From Candidatus Bathyarchaeota archaeon (lineage in GTDB: Archaea; Thermoproteota; Bathyarchaeia; Bathyarchaeales; Bathycorpusculaceae): a stretch of DNA of 64,000 nucleotides. Position 1 is the first letter of the stretch; each line of letters begins with the position of its first letter. Under the pieces are notes generated by a model. That model was not told the origin of the DNA. It did no database searches and worked only from the letters and a program-made list of their open reading frames with translations. Location of the stretch: contig CAWIRG010000013.1 in NCBI GenBank assembly GCA_963838505.1, positions 55,679 through 119,678 of the forward strand. The letters are read 5' to 3'. This document shows, in pieces, positions 17,248-25,505 of the stretch. The position numbers were made by a program, and so were the translations under genes.

Positions 17248-17747
17248 TGGAAATCTCAGAGTTGATCCTCAAATCCATAATCGTCATACTTCCTGCGTAC
17301 TGTGCGAATGCCGCGCCTGTTATTGCAGGAGGAGGGTTGCAGATGGATTTGGGGAGGAACTTTGTTGATGGAAAGCCGATTTTCGGCAAAAACAAGACTT
17401 TCAGAGGTTTTTTTGTGGGTTTATTCGTGGGCACCTGCGTTGGTCTCTCTGAAAGTGCAGTCTTTGGCTACCCCGTCCTTTTTGGACTCCTGCTGTCATT
17501 GGGAGCCCTGTTCGGCGACCTTGCAGGAGCTTTTCTGAAAAGAAGACTTGGAATTCGTCCTGGAAATCTTCTGCCAATTGTAGATCAGATTGACTTCATA
17601 GTGGGGGCACTTGTTTTCTCGCTCCTGCTTTCTTCGCCCACGCTATCTTGGGAACTTGCTTTGACGGTACTGCTAATAACGCCGCCTATCCATCTACTGA
17701 CCAACGTCGCAGCCTACAAGCTGCGACTGAAACGCACTCCGTGGTGA
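17247..17747 (+). CDS. carS: CDP-archaeol synthase (DUF46 family)
   Basis: LPAYCANAAPV, GKNKTFRG, GALFGDLAGAFLKRRLGI and DQIDFI match the CarS pattern. The ATG overlaps the radB stop (TGATG). Confidence 0.85.
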   Translation: MEISELILKSIIVILPAYCANAAPVIAGGGLQMDLGRNFVDGKPIFGKNKTFRGFFVGLFVGTCVGLSESAVFGYPVLFGLLLSLGALFGDLAGAFLKRRLGIRPGNLLPIVDQIDFIVGALVFSLLLSSPTLSWELALTVLLITPPIHLLTNVAAYKLRLKRTPW

Positions 17748-17754
17748 AAGATTC

Positions 17755-18177
17755 TCAGTACGACCCAGTGAGTTTTATGTGTATTGCCAGTTCTAAGAAT
17801 ATATAAGCCATTAGCATGAGAACTAACCCCATAAGCAGCATCATATATGCTTGTCTTGGCTTGTAAACATACTTGGTGCTCTGGTAGGTTACCATCAATC
17901 CAATCACGCCCAGTGAATAGAGGATGACTGCAATAACCGTGTCATCCACGAATTGCTCGGATAGGTACGGATTGAGAAAAAGGAATTTGTTGTTGTAATA
18001 GACCGCAGCCACCGGTCTCTGTATCAAATCATATATGCCTCCCGCGAAGAGGAAAACTGCGAATGCTATGACCAATGTTGGAATGAGGAGATTCGACCTG
18101 GCAGTTGTGATTGTTCGATAGAGCTTATTCGCTGAAAAAGATAATGATGAGATACGTCTCTTAACAGTTCTTGACAT
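17755..18177 (-). CDS. hypothetical 4-TM membrane protein
   Basis: ORF 17755..18213, internal ATG at 18177. Four hydrophobic helices and no family motif recognised. Confidence 0.45.
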   Translation of the reverse strand: MSRTVKRRISSLSFSANKLYRTITTARSNLLIPTLVIAFAVFLFAGGIYDLIQRPVAAVYYNNKFLFLNPYLSEQFVDDTVIAVILYSLGVIGLMVTYQSTKYVYKPRQAYMMLLMGLVLMLMAYIFLELAIHIKLTGSY

Positions 18178-18394
18178 TTTTCGTGTTCTCCTGTTCTGCC
18201 AGCTGCAAAGCAACTTCCTTTGCCCATTCGCCTGTTAATGGATTCTGGGCAATCTCACTTAAATACTCTTTCCAAGAAATGCCTAACGCTTTCCTCCAAT
18301 CATCATATTTCTTGATGACAGCCTGATGGGCCTTCGCATGAAACTTGCAGTATCCCTCACTCCAGGCTTCTCTGTCGCAAATGTGACATTTCAA
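18161..18394 (-). CDS. small Cys/His zinc-binding protein, coupled to topA
   Basis: KCHICDREAWSEGYCKFHAKAH (CxxC...CxxH). A TTG at 18394 overlaps the topA TGA stop (TTGA). The longer ATG start at 18445 would lie inside topA. Confidence 0.45.
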   Translation of the reverse strand: MKCHICDREAWSEGYCKFHAKAHQAVIKKYDDWRKALGISWKEYLSEIAQNPLTGEWAKEVALQLAEQENTKNVKNC

Positions 18395-20574
18395 TTCTTG
18401 TCTCTCCTTTTTCCTTCTTTCATTGCACAACCAGGATTGAAGCATAGCGACCACCTTTTTCCTCTTGTTCGAAAATGAACGGTTGGCCATCCACAGGCAG
18501 TGCATTTCCTGTTATCCAGACTGATTGTTCCATTTTGCGGTAAAGCAAATGAGCTATTGCAAAGCCCTTTGAAGTAGTTTGTGCAGCCGATGAACCGTTT
18601 TCCGGTTTTCCTTGAGTATATCACCAGAAGCTTTCCCGTTCGGCAGTTTGGGCATTCTCCGATGAAGTTTTCTTCGAGCTTTGTTTTTTCAACAGCGTTG
18701 CGTAGACGTTCGCCTATCACCAATTCCTCCTGCTTGAGCTCTTTCAGCACCGGCCTGAGGATTCTGATTGTGCCGGCCAGAACGTCTTTTCTTTTTTCGC
18801 AGTCTTGACTTATCCGATCGATTCTCTCCTCAAGCTCTCTTGTCATTTCAACTGAGACAACCTGTCGGCAGTAGTTTCTCAAAACTTCGAAAACTTCAAA
18901 ACCCAAGTCGGTAACTTTCATCTTCTCGTTCTGAATGTATTCTCTTTCGTAAAGCGTTTGCGCAGTATCAGCTCTCGTTGCTTTTGTACCGATTCCTGCT
19001 TCCTCCATTTTCTGAAGTAGACTACAAGGGTTGTACCGTTGAGGTGGCCTAGTGAACTTGGTTTCCACCACAACCTTCTTGAAGCCAACTGGTTGCCCCT
19101 TGTTGAGTAGGGGCAAGAGTATTTCCTCCGACTTGACGTAGGGTACATAGAATTTCTGCCACCCTTGTTGTTCGGTCTGCCTTCCCTTCAGGCAGAAAAT
19201 GTGACTGTTGACGCTGATATCTGCTTCAACGCTTTGTTCTATTGCCGGCTCCCCGAACACTGCCATGAATCTTCGAACGATGAGATCCCAGATGTTTCTT
19301 GCAGATCTGTTGAGATGGGGCTCAGGCAGTTTCCCAGTCGGATAAATTGCTGGGTGAGCTGGATCCTTCTTGCTTCCTTCACAGGGTTTCAATACAGGTT
19401 CAGCCAGAAGACCTGAAACAAGTTCTCTGTATTCTTTCAGGTTGCCCAATTTCGTGAGGATTGATTCGAAGTCTATCGCAGGTGGGAGTTTTTGACTGCT
19501 TGTCCGCGGGTAGGAAATTAGCGCGTTCAGGTACAAGCTTTGAGCAATATCCAGCGTCCTTTTGGGGTTATATCCAAAGAATCTGTAAGCTTCAACTTGC
19601 AATGCCCCTAAATCAAACGGGACAGGCGCAGGATGTTGAAATCGTCGGACAATCACCTTCTCAACCCGTCCTGTTCCCTTACACTCTTGTGAAACAGCGT
19701 ATGCTTGTTTCTTATTCTCTACTACTCTCTTCACGTATTCAGCCCAAAAGGTTTGGCCGTTAATCTCAAGCAGTGCTCTTATTTGCCAGTAAGGCGCTGG
19801 CACGAAGCTTCTGATGGCTCTTTCTCTTAAAACTAGAAATTTCAGAAGCGGACCTTGAACTCGACCAGTACTCAGTGTACGGTATTTTCCGCTCCAGTTC
19901 CTCGCTGCATATGTAAGAGCTCTTGAAAGGTTTATGCCATAAAGCCAGTCAACCTCATGTCTAGTCATGCCTGCTTCGATCAGCGCAAAGTCTAGGTGTG
20001 GCAGCGATTCAACATATGCTTTTTCCAGCTCTTCTCTAGTCAGAGTGGAGAATCTCATACGTCTTGACGTTTTTTCCCTGCCTCCACAAGCATATTTCAG
20101 AATGCAGTACCCAATTACGCTTCCTTCCAGGTCATAGTCGCAAGCATCTACAAACCCGTCGGCGTTTCTCGCCAGTTTCATGATAACCTCAAGCCATGCG
20201 CGGACATGCGCGGCCCTTTTTTCAGCGATAAACCGTGGCACCCATTTGAAACTGAAAACAGGGTAAGAGCTTCTTCCTTTTTTGTCTGCGGCAACTGTGT
20301 AAAGATGCCCAAGGGCAGGAACAACGACAATATCTTTGTCGCGCCTAGCCAAGTAGTAGGACACGCCTTTTTCGTTGATTCTTTTTGCGTCTTGGTTTCT
20401 GTCCAAAGCCAAAGCTATCCTTCGCGCGGTATCCGGCTTTTCGGTGATGATTAGCGTGTAGTTTTTCATGGTTGATGCAAACTGCGCTACGCCTGTTAGG
20501 TCTATCTCTCTGAACGGCGCCTTGGCTGTTGAAATATTAAGGTTTTCCTCTTTTGAATCTTCTTCAGAAGCCAA
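18391..20574 (-). CDS. topA: DNA topoisomerase I/III (type IA)
   Basis: Toprim LIITEKPDTARRIA and DYDLEGS, active-site ISYPRTSSQKL, and C-terminal zinc ribbons (CPNCRTGKL...GCTNY, CTACGWP). Confidence 0.95.
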   Translation of the reverse strand: MASEEDSKEENLNISTAKAPFREIDLTGVAQFASTMKNYTLIITEKPDTARRIALALDRNQDAKRINEKGVSYYLARRDKDIVVVPALGHLYTVAADKKGRSSYPVFSFKWVPRFIAEKRAAHVRAWLEVIMKLARNADGFVDACDYDLEGSVIGYCILKYACGGREKTSRRMRFSTLTREELEKAYVESLPHLDFALIEAGMTRHEVDWLYGINLSRALTYAARNWSGKYRTLSTGRVQGPLLKFLVLRERAIRSFVPAPYWQIRALLEINGQTFWAEYVKRVVENKKQAYAVSQECKGTGRVEKVIVRRFQHPAPVPFDLGALQVEAYRFFGYNPKRTLDIAQSLYLNALISYPRTSSQKLPPAIDFESILTKLGNLKEYRELVSGLLAEPVLKPCEGSKKDPAHPAIYPTGKLPEPHLNRSARNIWDLIVRRFMAVFGEPAIEQSVEADISVNSHIFCLKGRQTEQQGWQKFYVPYVKSEEILLPLLNKGQPVGFKKVVVETKFTRPPQRYNPCSLLQKMEEAGIGTKATRADTAQTLYEREYIQNEKMKVTDLGFEVFEVLRNYCRQVVSVEMTRELEERIDRISQDCEKRKDVLAGTIRILRPVLKELKQEELVIGERLRNAVEKTKLEENFIGECPNCRTGKLLVIYSRKTGKRFIGCTNYFKGLCNSSFALPQNGTISLDNRKCTACGWPTVHFRTRGKRWSLCFNPGCAMKEGKRRDKN

Positions 20575-20698
20575 AAACGTCAGGCATTTGGCAATCAGTC
20601 TTCCTCAGTCAAGAATCGTTCGCACGCTGCTCCAGCAATCGATAAATACGTCATGAACGCTTACTTCCCTTATTGATAGCAAACGGAGTGCGGTGTTT

Positions 20699-20863
20699 AT
20701 GCCTCAACGTGTTACATGCCAGGGTTGTGGTCGCGTTCTGTACGAAGGACCTGAACTGAAGCCTCCAGATGAGATCTTGCATGAACATGAAGGTAAATGC
20801 CCTGGGTGTGGCAAGAAACTCTCGTTTGTACCTGTAGACGTAAATGTTAAGCCTTCGAAATAA
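20699..20863 (+). CDS. 54-aa zinc-ribbon protein (not in the supplied ORF track)
   Basis: My own translation: MPQRVTCQGCGRVLYEGPELKPPDEILHEHEGKCPGCGKKLSFVPVDVNVKPSK. Two CxxC pairs; ends 20 nt before gcvT. Confidence 0.55.
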   Translation: MPQRVTCQGCGRVLYEGPELKPPDEILHEHEGKCPGCGKKLSFVPVDVNVKPSK

Positions 20864-20883
20864 ACGGCCTGTGGGGAATAGGC

Positions 20884-22032
20884 TTGAACGGTGAGGTTCA
20901 TCGGACGCAGCTTTACGAGGTACATCGAAAAACTGCGAAACTGACGGTTTTCGCTGGGTTTGAAATGCCTTTGTACTACAAAGACATAACTCCCGAGCAT
21001 CTTGCCGTGCGAAACAGTGTCGGAATCTTTGACATAAGCCACATGGGAAGAGTGTTAGTGACAGGAATTGATGCGGAACGTTTCCTGAATTACGTAGTAA
21101 CAAATGATGTTTCGGCCTTGCAGCCCAATGCAGCGCAGTACTCAGTTATGTGCACGGAAAAAGGCGGCATAATTGACGATTTTGTGCTTTATCGTTTGGA
21201 AAAGGAAAGGTTCCTGGTGGTTTTCAATGCGGGCAACCGCCAAAAAGACTATGATTCGTTGATGAGGAATTCAAAGAGTTTCAACGTGAAAATCGAAGAA
21301 ATCTCTAATAGCGTTGCGATGCTTGCAGTTCAGGGTCCAAACGCTGAAAAGACGCTGCAGAGAATATCAACGGAAGATCTGAGCAAGATTGAAAGATTCA
21401 AATGCGGGCATTCCAAGTTGGCCGACGTGAAAGTTTTTCTGTCCAGAACAGGCTACACAGGTGAAGACGGCTTCGAAGTCTTCGTGTGGAACGCTTCATT
21501 TGAAAAACCAGAAAATGCTTTGAAGTTATGGAGGGCAATCCTTGACTCGGGCAAGACTATTGGAATAGAACCCTGTGGTTTGGGAGCAAGGGACACGCTG
21601 AGACTTGAAGCAGGATTATGCTTGTACGGAAACGATATAGACGAAACTACGACACCGTTCGAAGCGGGGCTTGGGTTTGTAGTGAAACTGCAGAAGGATG
21701 TGTTCATAGGAAAAGAAGCTTTGTCGAGAAAGAAAGCTGAGGGGATGAAGCGCAAACGTGTTGGAATAAGACTGGCAGACAGGAGAGTACCTCGCCACGG
21801 CTTCGAAATTCATGCTGAAACTGGAGAAAGAATAGGCAGCATAACAAGCGGAACATTTTCTCCTATACTAGGTCTCGGCATCGGCATGGGCTACGTCCAA
21901 ATGCCTCACGTCCAAACTGGAAACGGCGTAGGAGTAAGAATACGCGACAAGACGGTAAGCGGCAGAATAGTGGAGTTTCCCTTCTACAACACTGACGTCT
22001 ACGGCTTCAAACGAAGAAAAACAGCAAGCTAA
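20884..22032 (+). CDS. gcvT: aminomethyltransferase (glycine cleavage T protein)
   Basis: FAGFEMPLYY, SHMGRV, YTGEDGFE and GLGARDTLRLEAGL. TTG start. Confidence 0.9.
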   Translation: MNGEVHRTQLYEVHRKTAKLTVFAGFEMPLYYKDITPEHLAVRNSVGIFDISHMGRVLVTGIDAERFLNYVVTNDVSALQPNAAQYSVMCTEKGGIIDDFVLYRLEKERFLVVFNAGNRQKDYDSLMRNSKSFNVKIEEISNSVAMLAVQGPNAEKTLQRISTEDLSKIERFKCGHSKLADVKVFLSRTGYTGEDGFEVFVWNASFEKPENALKLWRAILDSGKTIGIEPCGLGARDTLRLEAGLCLYGNDIDETTTPFEAGLGFVVKLQKDVFIGKEALSRKKAEGMKRKRVGIRLADRRVPRHGFEIHAETGERIGSITSGTFSPILGLGIGMGYVQMPHVQTGNGVGVRIRDKTVSGRIVEFPFYNTDVYGFKRRKTAS

Positions 22033-22067
22033 GACACGAGCCCTCTGATTGGCCTCTTTCGTTTTTG

Positions 22068-22080
22068 GAAAGGTATATAA
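22068..22080 (+). promoter_or_regulatory. candidate BRE/TATA element upstream of aglB
   Basis: gaaaGGTATATAA about 95 nt upstream of the GTG start. GGAGG at 22160-22164 precedes the start. Confidence 0.35.
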
Positions 22081-22175
22081 CGATGACCAATGTCATCTAA
22101 ATTATCTTCAGATAATCGCATAACCAAAAGCAAAAATAACAAACTAACGTAGCCCTTAGGAGGAAAGAAGCTCAA

Positions 22176-24443
22176 GTGAAGCTGTCCAGAGAAGCCTTGG
22201 TTAATGGCCTAAAGAGCCTGGGAAAACTGCGGGTAAAAGTCAGCAGCGGTTCACTGCTAACCTTCGCGGCAATTTCGCTCATAGTGCTTGTGGCTTTTAC
22301 TATCAGGATTCTTCCACTGCGCTGGGAAATAGGGACGGGAACTCAACCTTCAGTAAACCTGTCCGAGTTTGACGCATTTTTCGAGTATCGTGTAAGTAAC
22401 TACATGGTGAGTAACGGATTGTTCTCGCCATTCTGGCCAAAGCTTTGGGTGGACTTTCAACTTTGGCATCCGCAGGGGATCAACATGGGTTCAGAATCAC
22501 TGCCATCAATACCTATGACTGGAGCTTTTCTTTATGACTTGATCCATCTGTTGGGCGTGAACATTGATTTAATGAGTTTTGTTTCACTTCTTCCGCCGAT
22601 ATTCGGCACATTATGCGTTTTGATAATGTATTTCCTTGGGAAGGAATTTGGAGGGAAAACCGTTGGAATGCTTGCTGCACTCATACTAGCGCTGGACTCA
22701 TCTTTCATTACAAGAAGCAATCTGGGCTGGTTTGAAACTGAAATGTCTACTTTTGCTTTCCTGCTTTTCCTCTTGCTTTTTCCAAGGGCAATCGAAGAAG
22801 AGAGACCCATTGGATCCTCGATAAGATATTCGCTCGCGTGCGCTGCATGCTTGGCCTACTTCATAATGGGGTGGGGTGCAGCATATTACCTAGTTGACTT
22901 AGCAGCGCTTTTTGTTTTTGCTCTGCTGGTACTGAGAAGATACTCACGGCGAATTTTCTTTGCGTACGGCATATCATTCGGTCTTGGACTGCTAATAGCG
23001 ATGAGCGCCCCCTTCCTAGGGATAAAATACCCGATAAGCTATGCAGTGCTGCCTATTGCAGGCGTATTCGTTTTGCTTTGCCTGGGTGAAGTCCTGCAGA
23101 ATCTTGCTTCTGCAAGAGAGAGATTCCTGCTCGCAGTAACAACCATAGTCGTTATAATCGGCGCCTTCGCCGCGATTTTCGCGCTAGGATACGCAGGCAA
23201 CATAGCAGGCAAGTTTTTTACGGTCATAGACCCCCTCGTGCGAAGTGCCAATCCGCTCACGATATCCGTTGCTGAACACAACGTAACTGCTTGGGGTTCC
23301 ATGTATTATGATCTCGGCATCTTGACAATATTCTTCATTGTCGGACTGTATTTCATCGCAAGAAACATCACAAACAAGAACTTGTTATTGTTGCTCTTCG
23401 GTCTAACATCTCTATATTTCTCTGCCTCCATGGTGCGCCTACTTTTCCTTCTTGCACCGGCCTTCGCCCTCATTTCCGCCATTGGAATAGTAGGCATACT
23501 AAAACCGTTTGTAACAATGCTAAAAGAACCGCCAAAAATAACGACGAAAAAGTTTCGCTTAGAACATGTCGGAAAAGAGTTCAGCGGAACCGCCGTCCTC
23601 CTGATATTCGTGGTTCTGACGACGCAATTTGCCATTTCGCCACAAACAGGCGGTGTTCCCACAGTGTACAGGCAGGCTTATACTCCTTTGACCATTACTG
23701 CATCCAGTCTTCCCATAGTTCCAAACGTGCCAGTCAACCAATGGCTAGACATGCTCCAATGGACCAGCACTAACCTCCAACCGACTGATGTTGTCGACTG
23801 TTGGTGGGACTACGGATTTTGGCTTACGATCAAGGGAAACGTCACGACGATTAATGACAACGCCACCATAAACAGCACGGCTATCCAAAATGTTGGTTTC
23901 ACTTTCGTCGCCAACGAGAGTGAATCGCTGAAAATGCTGAAGCTATACGACGCGAAATACGTACTTGTGTTCACCACAATATCTGTGCAAACGTCTTCAG
24001 GCACTACCTATGCTGTTGAGGCGGGCTATGGAGACGAGGGCAAATGGGTGTGGATGGCGAGAATCTCCGGTCAGAGCTCCAACGTGAACAGCCAACAGTG
24101 GCCTGCATGGAACTGGACTGATGAAACTCCATTTGGCTTTTATGATTCAAACGCTACGACCTCAACTTATTGGCCGAACAATTGGGCGTGGAGCGATTAC
24201 GGATACAACTGCACAATCTACAAGCTGATGAGTTGGACGAGAAATCTTTATTGTACCACGAATAACATCGTTGACCCAGATTCAGGCAACGTTACACAGC
24301 CGCTTTACTTTACGCCTGCATATATTGCTGGGTTGAACCTTGCCCCAAGCGACGCTCAGAGCAATTATGGCAACCTGGTCCCGCTCGTCGCCCTATACAA
24401 GATCGACTATACTAAATACAATATCGACTATCCTAACGGATGA
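22176..24443 (+). CDS. aglB: dolichyl-phosphooligosaccharide-protein glycotransferase (archaeal oligosaccharyltransferase, STT3 family)
   Basis: About 13 TM helices, then the WWDYGFW catalytic motif at CWWDYGFWLT. Confidence 0.95.
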   Translation: MKLSREALVNGLKSLGKLRVKVSSGSLLTFAAISLIVLVAFTIRILPLRWEIGTGTQPSVNLSEFDAFFEYRVSNYMVSNGLFSPFWPKLWVDFQLWHPQGINMGSESLPSIPMTGAFLYDLIHLLGVNIDLMSFVSLLPPIFGTLCVLIMYFLGKEFGGKTVGMLAALILALDSSFITRSNLGWFETEMSTFAFLLFLLLFPRAIEEERPIGSSIRYSLACAACLAYFIMGWGAAYYLVDLAALFVFALLVLRRYSRRIFFAYGISFGLGLLIAMSAPFLGIKYPISYAVLPIAGVFVLLCLGEVLQNLASARERFLLAVTTIVVIIGAFAAIFALGYAGNIAGKFFTVIDPLVRSANPLTISVAEHNVTAWGSMYYDLGILTIFFIVGLYFIARNITNKNLLLLLFGLTSLYFSASMVRLLFLLAPAFALISAIGIVGILKPFVTMLKEPPKITTKKFRLEHVGKEFSGTAVLLIFVVLTTQFAISPQTGGVPTVYRQAYTPLTITASSLPIVPNVPVNQWLDMLQWTSTNLQPTDVVDCWWDYGFWLTIKGNVTTINDNATINSTAIQNVGFTFVANESESLKMLKLYDAKYVLVFTTISVQTSSGTTYAVEAGYGDEGKWVWMARISGQSSNVNSQQWPAWNWTDETPFGFYDSNATTSTYWPNNWAWSDYGYNCTIYKLMSWTRNLYCTTNNIVDPDSGNVTQPLYFTPAYIAGLNLAPSDAQSNYGNLVPLVALYKIDYTKYNIDYPNG

Positions 24444-24853
24444 AGGGAGACGATTTGTTCCCCCGAGCTCCTGACCAGCATAAACCAAACAAACCTCTGG
24501 TTCCAAATGGTTTAGGCGCCATCTACGTTATGGTCAGCGTCGTGTACATTTTTCTTCTGTATTTCTTTAGTGAAAGAATCAGCCCTGCTGCAGGTGCTTC
24601 TGCCTCTCTAACATTGGCATCCTGCATTTTGTTCGGCGGTTTCATGGGTCTATTAGACGACTGGATAGACCTCAAATGGCGATACAAAGCTTTCCTCCCG
24701 CTGGTAGCAGCGATACCACTTGCCACTTTTGCAAGCTCTACTGCTGTACGTACTTCAATAGCTCTTCCCCTACTGGGAACCGTAAACTTCGGGATCCTAT
24801 TACTATTTCGCAATTATACCAATCCTCGTGACCATAATCACAAACGCAGTTAA
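24440..24853 (+). CDS. aglH: AglH/ALG7-like GlcNAc-1-phosphate transferase (Glycos_transf_4), N-terminal fragment
   Basis: LLDDWIDLKWRYK (DDxxD motif). The ATG overlaps the aglB stop (ATGA). The reading frame is lost near 24790. Confidence 0.75.
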   Translation: MKGDDLFPRAPDQHKPNKPLVPNGLGAIYVMVSVVYIFLLYFFSERISPAAGASASLTLASCILFGGFMGLLDDWIDLKWRYKAFLPLVAAIPLATFASSTAVRTSIALPLLGTVNFGILLLFRNYTNPRDHNHKRS

Positions 24854-25331
24854 CCAGCTTGGCGGCCTGAATGGTTTAGAAACAGTCTGTCCAGCGATAA
24901 TCATGATAGGCTTGATGTCAATCTCAGGATCCTATGCAATTCTCTTGGTATGTCCACTTATCGTTTGGCTAGTGCTTGCTTTCTTCAACTTGCGAGGCAA
25001 GATCTTCGTGGGTAATACTGGATCCTTTGCTATAGGAATAACACTCGCCTCTTTTGCAATTATTTCTGATTTGAAGCTTGATTTGGTAATATCAGTTTTG
25101 CCTTACATATTCAATTCCACATTGATTCTCTTGACAATCTTCTTCTTCAGAACTAAGGCCAATGTTTTCTTCGATGGTAAACAACTCAAGTCAGATCACA
25201 GAAGAAGTCTGATAACAATCATAACGTTTAATCGTCCACTTACTGAGAGGCAGGTTGTGATAGTGATTTCGCTTCTTGTCGCGTCCTCAACTGTTGCTGC
25301 CGTAATCGCGCGACAACTGGTAATGGTCTAG
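24828..25331 (+). CDS. aglH: AglH/ALG7-like GlcNAc-1-phosphate transferase, C-terminal fragment
   Basis: TNAVNQLGGLNGLE matches the eukaryote/archaeal GPT motif NAxNxxAGxNGLE. In this frame the sequence reads back to 24786 as ...SYYYFAIIPILV. Confidence 0.75.
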   Translation: MTIITNAVNQLGGLNGLETVCPAIIMIGLMSISGSYAILLVCPLIVWLVLAFFNLRGKIFVGNTGSFAIGITLASFAIISDLKLDLVISVLPYIFNSTLILLTIFFFRTKANVFFDGKQLKSDHRRSLITIITFNRPLTERQVVIVISLLVASSTVAAVIARQLVMV

Positions 25332-25505
25332 CTTCTTTCGTTCTCAATATGCCGCATGCTAGGAGAAGTATAAGAAGACGGCTGATCTGCGTTAACTCAT
25401 CTGGCCTACACTACTAGCCAGACGCTCATCAGGCCAGCAATAATGGAACTGCTGAAACCAGATGAATCAAGAGCACTGAACTGACGTTGGAGTTGTGGAG
25501 AATTA

